Shown piece by piece: positions 60,143 to 64,000 of a DNA stretch of 64,000 bases (positions are counted from its first letter, which is position 1; each line of letters opens with the position of its first letter). The notes beneath the pieces were generated by a model. The model did no database searches. It was given only the letters and a program-made list of their open reading frames with translations, and had not been told where the DNA came from. The stretch covers positions 62,001-126,000 of the forward strand of contig JAXLNO010000364.1 in NCBI GenBank assembly GCA_038087875.1, in the 5' to 3' direction. The translations under genes and the position numbers were made by a program. The stretch comes from Malacoraja senta. Lineage: Eukaryota.

Positions 60143-61884
60143 ATTATGTGCATCTACCCGACCTGTTCCTCTCATGATTTGTAACACCTCTGCACGATCA
60201 CCCCTCATCCTCCTGCGCTCCAAGGAACAGCGACCCAGCCTACTCAACCTCTCCCATCAGCTCAGACCACCTAGTCCTGGCAGCATCCGCGTAAATCTTC
60301 ACTGCCAGAGACTAGGGGTCGGTGCTGTGGCCGCTGCTCTTCACGTTGTATATCAATGATTTGGGTGAGGGAATTGAATGCTTGGTGGGAGGTTTGGTGA
60401 TGCTGCGAAGGTAGGTGGAGGGGCAGATAGTGTAGATAAAGCAGCGACTCTGCCGAAGGATTTGGGCATGTTTGGAAAGTAGTCAAAGAAATGGCAGCGC
60501 AGCAAAATGCGGAGACCGGCATTTTGATAGTAGGAATCAATCGAAGACTATTTTCTAATTTTCTAATTGAGGAGAGAATTCAGAAATCTGTGGTGCAAAG
60601 GGACTCGGGAATGCTGATACAGGATTCCCAAAAATGTAATTTGCAAGTCGAATTGATAGTACGGCAGGAAAATGCAATACAAGCATTTATTTGGGGAGGA
60701 CAAGAATATAAAAAAACGGACGTAATATTGAGGCTTGAAAAGGCACCGGTGAGCGCATTTGAGGTATTTTGACCAATGTGGGACCCCATATCGAAGGCCT
60801 GATGTGCTGGCGTTGGAAAGGGTACGGAGGATGATTATGAGAATGATCCCAGCACCGAATTGGGTTCACGTATGATAAACGTTTGACGATACTGTGCCTG
60901 TACTAGCTGGAGTGCAGAAGGAAGAGGGGAGAACCTCATTGAAACAAATGGCTTGTGGAGGCTATCGCGTGAAGGCAGGGGAATGGGGCTGATAGGGGAA
61001 GAAAGATCACCCACGATTAAATGGCGGAGTAAGCTAGAGTCATAGAGTGATACAGTGTGGACACAGACCTTTAGGCAAAACTTTCATTCACCGGCCAACA
61101 TTTCCCAGTTACCCCAGTCCCACCTACGTGTGCTTGGTCCATATCCATCCAAACGTGTCCCATCAATAGACCTGTTTAACTATTCCTTATACGTTCGGAT
61201 AGTCCCAGCCTCAACAACCCCCTCTGGCAGCTTGTTCCATGCAACCACCACACTTTGTTTGCAAAGGTTACCGTTCAAATTCCTATTAAATATTTACACC
61301 TTCACCTTGAATATATTGGTCCTCGATGCTCCATACACCCACCATCCTTTGTGTGAAAACGTTAGCCTTCAGATTGCTTTTGAATATTTTCCCCTTCACC
61401 TTGTACCTATGTCTTCTGGTCCTCGATTCAACTACTTTCGGCAAGAGATTCTGCGCATCTATCCGATTTATTCCTCTCGTGATTTTAAGCACCTCTAGAA
61501 GATCACCCCTCATCCTCCTGCGCTCGAAGGCATAGAGACCCAGCCTACTCAACCTCTCCCGATAGCTCAGACCCTCTAATCCTGGCAACATTCTCGTAAA
61601 TGCAATAGTACAATTCATTTAGACTTTAGACTTTTGACTTTAAACTTAAGAGATACTTCGCGGAAACAGCCCCTTCGTCGATCAGCGATCACCACGTGCA
61701 CTGGCACACCCCTAAAACACTTGGGACAATTTTCAACTTTACCGAAGCCAAACCAGTACGACTTTGGAGTGTGGGAGAGACCCGGACCACCGAAGAAAAC
61801 CCACAGGGAGAACATCCAAACTCCGTACAAACAGCATCCGGAGTCCCGATCGAACCCGGGTCTCTGGCGCTGTAAGGCAACAAC

Positions 61885-64000
61885 CTTCAAGGTCGGCAGG
61901 TGAAGGGGCGAGTGCGGAGGATTGGCTGCAGAATTTAAAGCCTTGAGGAGTTTTCAAGAGCGGGTCATTTAAAAACCGGTAACTAAATCTGTAAATTAGC
62001 TAATTAGTTAATTGAATAGCAAATAAAAGTAGGGCTCGCTCTTGGAGTGCCTTGACGTGAGTGCCTTGGTGAGCAAAGTGTGAGTCTTTGGCTCAAGAGC
62101 GTCTTGGTGAGTAAGGTGTGAGACTTTGTCTCAAGAGTCTTCGGCGAGAAGGCTGATCGAAATGTGTGATTTGTGATATTTAGTCCAGTAAAGAAAAGGC
62201 AGAGTGGTACAGTGTGTTTCCTGCAGGATGTGGGAAGTCAGGTACACCGCTGGTGCTTCTGGAAACTATACCTGCAGAAATTGTGTCCAGGTGCTGCTCC
62301 TGAATGAACGTGTTGGGGAAATGAAGAAGCAGCTGGAGGACCTCACGACCATCCGGGAAAACGAGAATTTTCTGGACAAGACCTTCAGTGAGGCTGTCAC
62401 ACCAAGGATACCGGAGTAGCGAAGGTGGATGACTGTGAGAAAGAGGCGTAAATGTGGAGTGCAAGAGAACACGGTGGCTGTACCTAATGAGACGCGACCG
62501 GTGAGAACGACGTCAGGCAGAACCATAGTGGTGAGTGACTCCATTGTCCGAGGTGCGGACAGGACATTCATTTGCGGCTGGCGAGTCTCGAGGATAGTCT
62601 GTTGCATCCCTGGTGCAAGATATCTCGGACCAACTTCAGAACATCCTTCGGAAGGTAGGTGAGGAGCCGGAAGTAGGTATGCATGTGGGCACAAACGACG
62701 TCGGGGAGAAGAGGAAGTATGTTCTGCACCGTGAGTTTAGAGAGTTAGGAAGAAGATTGAAAAGCAGGACTTCTGGGGTGGTTATCTCTGGACTGTTTCC
62801 AGTACCCCGTGCTGGTGAGTATCGGAATGGGAGATGGCGGATCTGAAAGTGGGCTGAGGGTCTGGTGCAGTGAGCAGCGATTTAGATTCATAGACCACTG
62901 GGACCTATTCTGGGGCAGGGATGACCTCTACAAAAGTGACGGGTTACACCTTAACAGGGGCGGGACCAATATTCTGGCAGCCACGAGGGTTTAAAATAAT
63001 TTGCGGGAAGGAAGTGTTGACGAATTGGAAATATAAGGATGAAGTTAAACGTGAAGAGAGTACAGGAAATGTTGCGAGAGACAACCGAATTAAGGGGACG
63101 GAAAGTTCAAGAAGGGATTAGAGAGTAAGGTCAGGTGAAAGAGGGACCGGTTTGAGAGACGAGGTGAATACCGCATTAAAAGTGTTACCCCGAACTATAA
63201 GAAATAAGGTGGATGAGCTTTAGACAAAGTTAGAAATTGGTGAGTATGATGTTGTGGGAATTACAGACACATGGCTGCAAGCGGATCACAACTGGGAACT
63301 GAATATTCAGGGGTATATGTCCTATTGCAAAGAAAGCCAGATGGGCAGAGGGGATGCGGTGGCTATTTTGGTAAGGAATGAAATTCAGTCTCTTGCGACG
63401 GGAGACATAGAGTCAGACGTAGAGTCAATGTGTATGGAACTGAGAAATTGAACGGTAGAAAGACCCTAGTCCGTGTTATCTACAGGCTCCCAAACAGTAG
63501 CCTGGGAGATAGGGTGCAAGTTGCATCAGGAGTTAAAATTAACATGTAACAAAGTTAATGCTACGGTGTTTACGGGAGACTTCAACATGCAGGTGGACTA
63601 GGAAAATTACATAGGTACTGGACCCCAAGAAATGGACTTTGTAGTGTGTTTCCGAGATGGATTCTTAGAGCAGCTTGTACTGGAGCCTACTAGGTAGCAG
63701 AAAATCTGGATTTTAATGTTATGTAATGAACCGAATATTATAAGTGACCTCAAGGTAAAGGAACCATTAGGAGGTAGTGGCCATAATATGATAAGTTTTA
63801 ATATGCAATATGAGATAGCGAAGGTAATATCGGAAGTGGCAGTATTCCAGTTGAACAAAGAGGACTATTGAGGCATGAGGGAGGACTTGCCATAGTTCAC
63901 TGGAAAGGGACCCAAGAAGGGATGACCGTGGAACAGCAATGGCAGGTATATCTGAGAATAATCCAGAAGATGCAGGTTAATTTCTTTCCAAACAGGAAGA
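61885..64000 (+). mobile_element. Decayed CR1 LINE, unit 5 (5' UTR, ORF1, APE; continues beyond the window)
   Basis: VQCVSCRMWEV..YTCRNC, VSDSIVRG, EPEVGMHVGTND, DGLHLN (SGNH-type block), GITDTWL. Confidence 0.9.

Overview
Vertebrate genomic DNA, most likely a cartilaginous fish (skate/ray/shark, inferred from the V-SINE/HE1-like and CR1/HER1-like repeats). The window is a head-to-tail tandem array of a ~11-12.6 kb unit. Each unit carries one minus-strand, 5-exon alpha-tubulin gene (ATG at 2865, 22695, 34707, 47324, 58165) plus a spacer of nested retroelements. The encoded 450-aa alpha-tubulin is divergent: Ser replaces the acetylatable K40, the tail ends ...[12 protein letters not shown] with no Tyr, helices H11/H12 are remodelled, and there are three extra Cys. 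Copy 1 is intact as far as visible (3' end runs off the window) and copy 3 is intact. Copy 2 is open but carries many missense changes at conserved residues and an inverted TATA box. Copy 4 has a single nonsense codon (Y83*). Copy 5 has a stop at codon 6 and two frameshifts. The promoter (TATA, CCAAT, RFX X-box-like, SOX and CRE-like motifs) is strikingly conserved, which suggests a flagellar or spermatid programme (inference). Spacer 1 alone holds a full-length Gmr1-type gypsy LTR retrotransposon (PR-INT-RT-RH order, 10144-15998) and two related ~1.1 kb GC-rich non-autonomous retroposons with different LINE tails. Shared variants place an unequal-crossover breakpoint near 37.0-37.2 kb. All comparisons were made by eye, without alignments or database searches.
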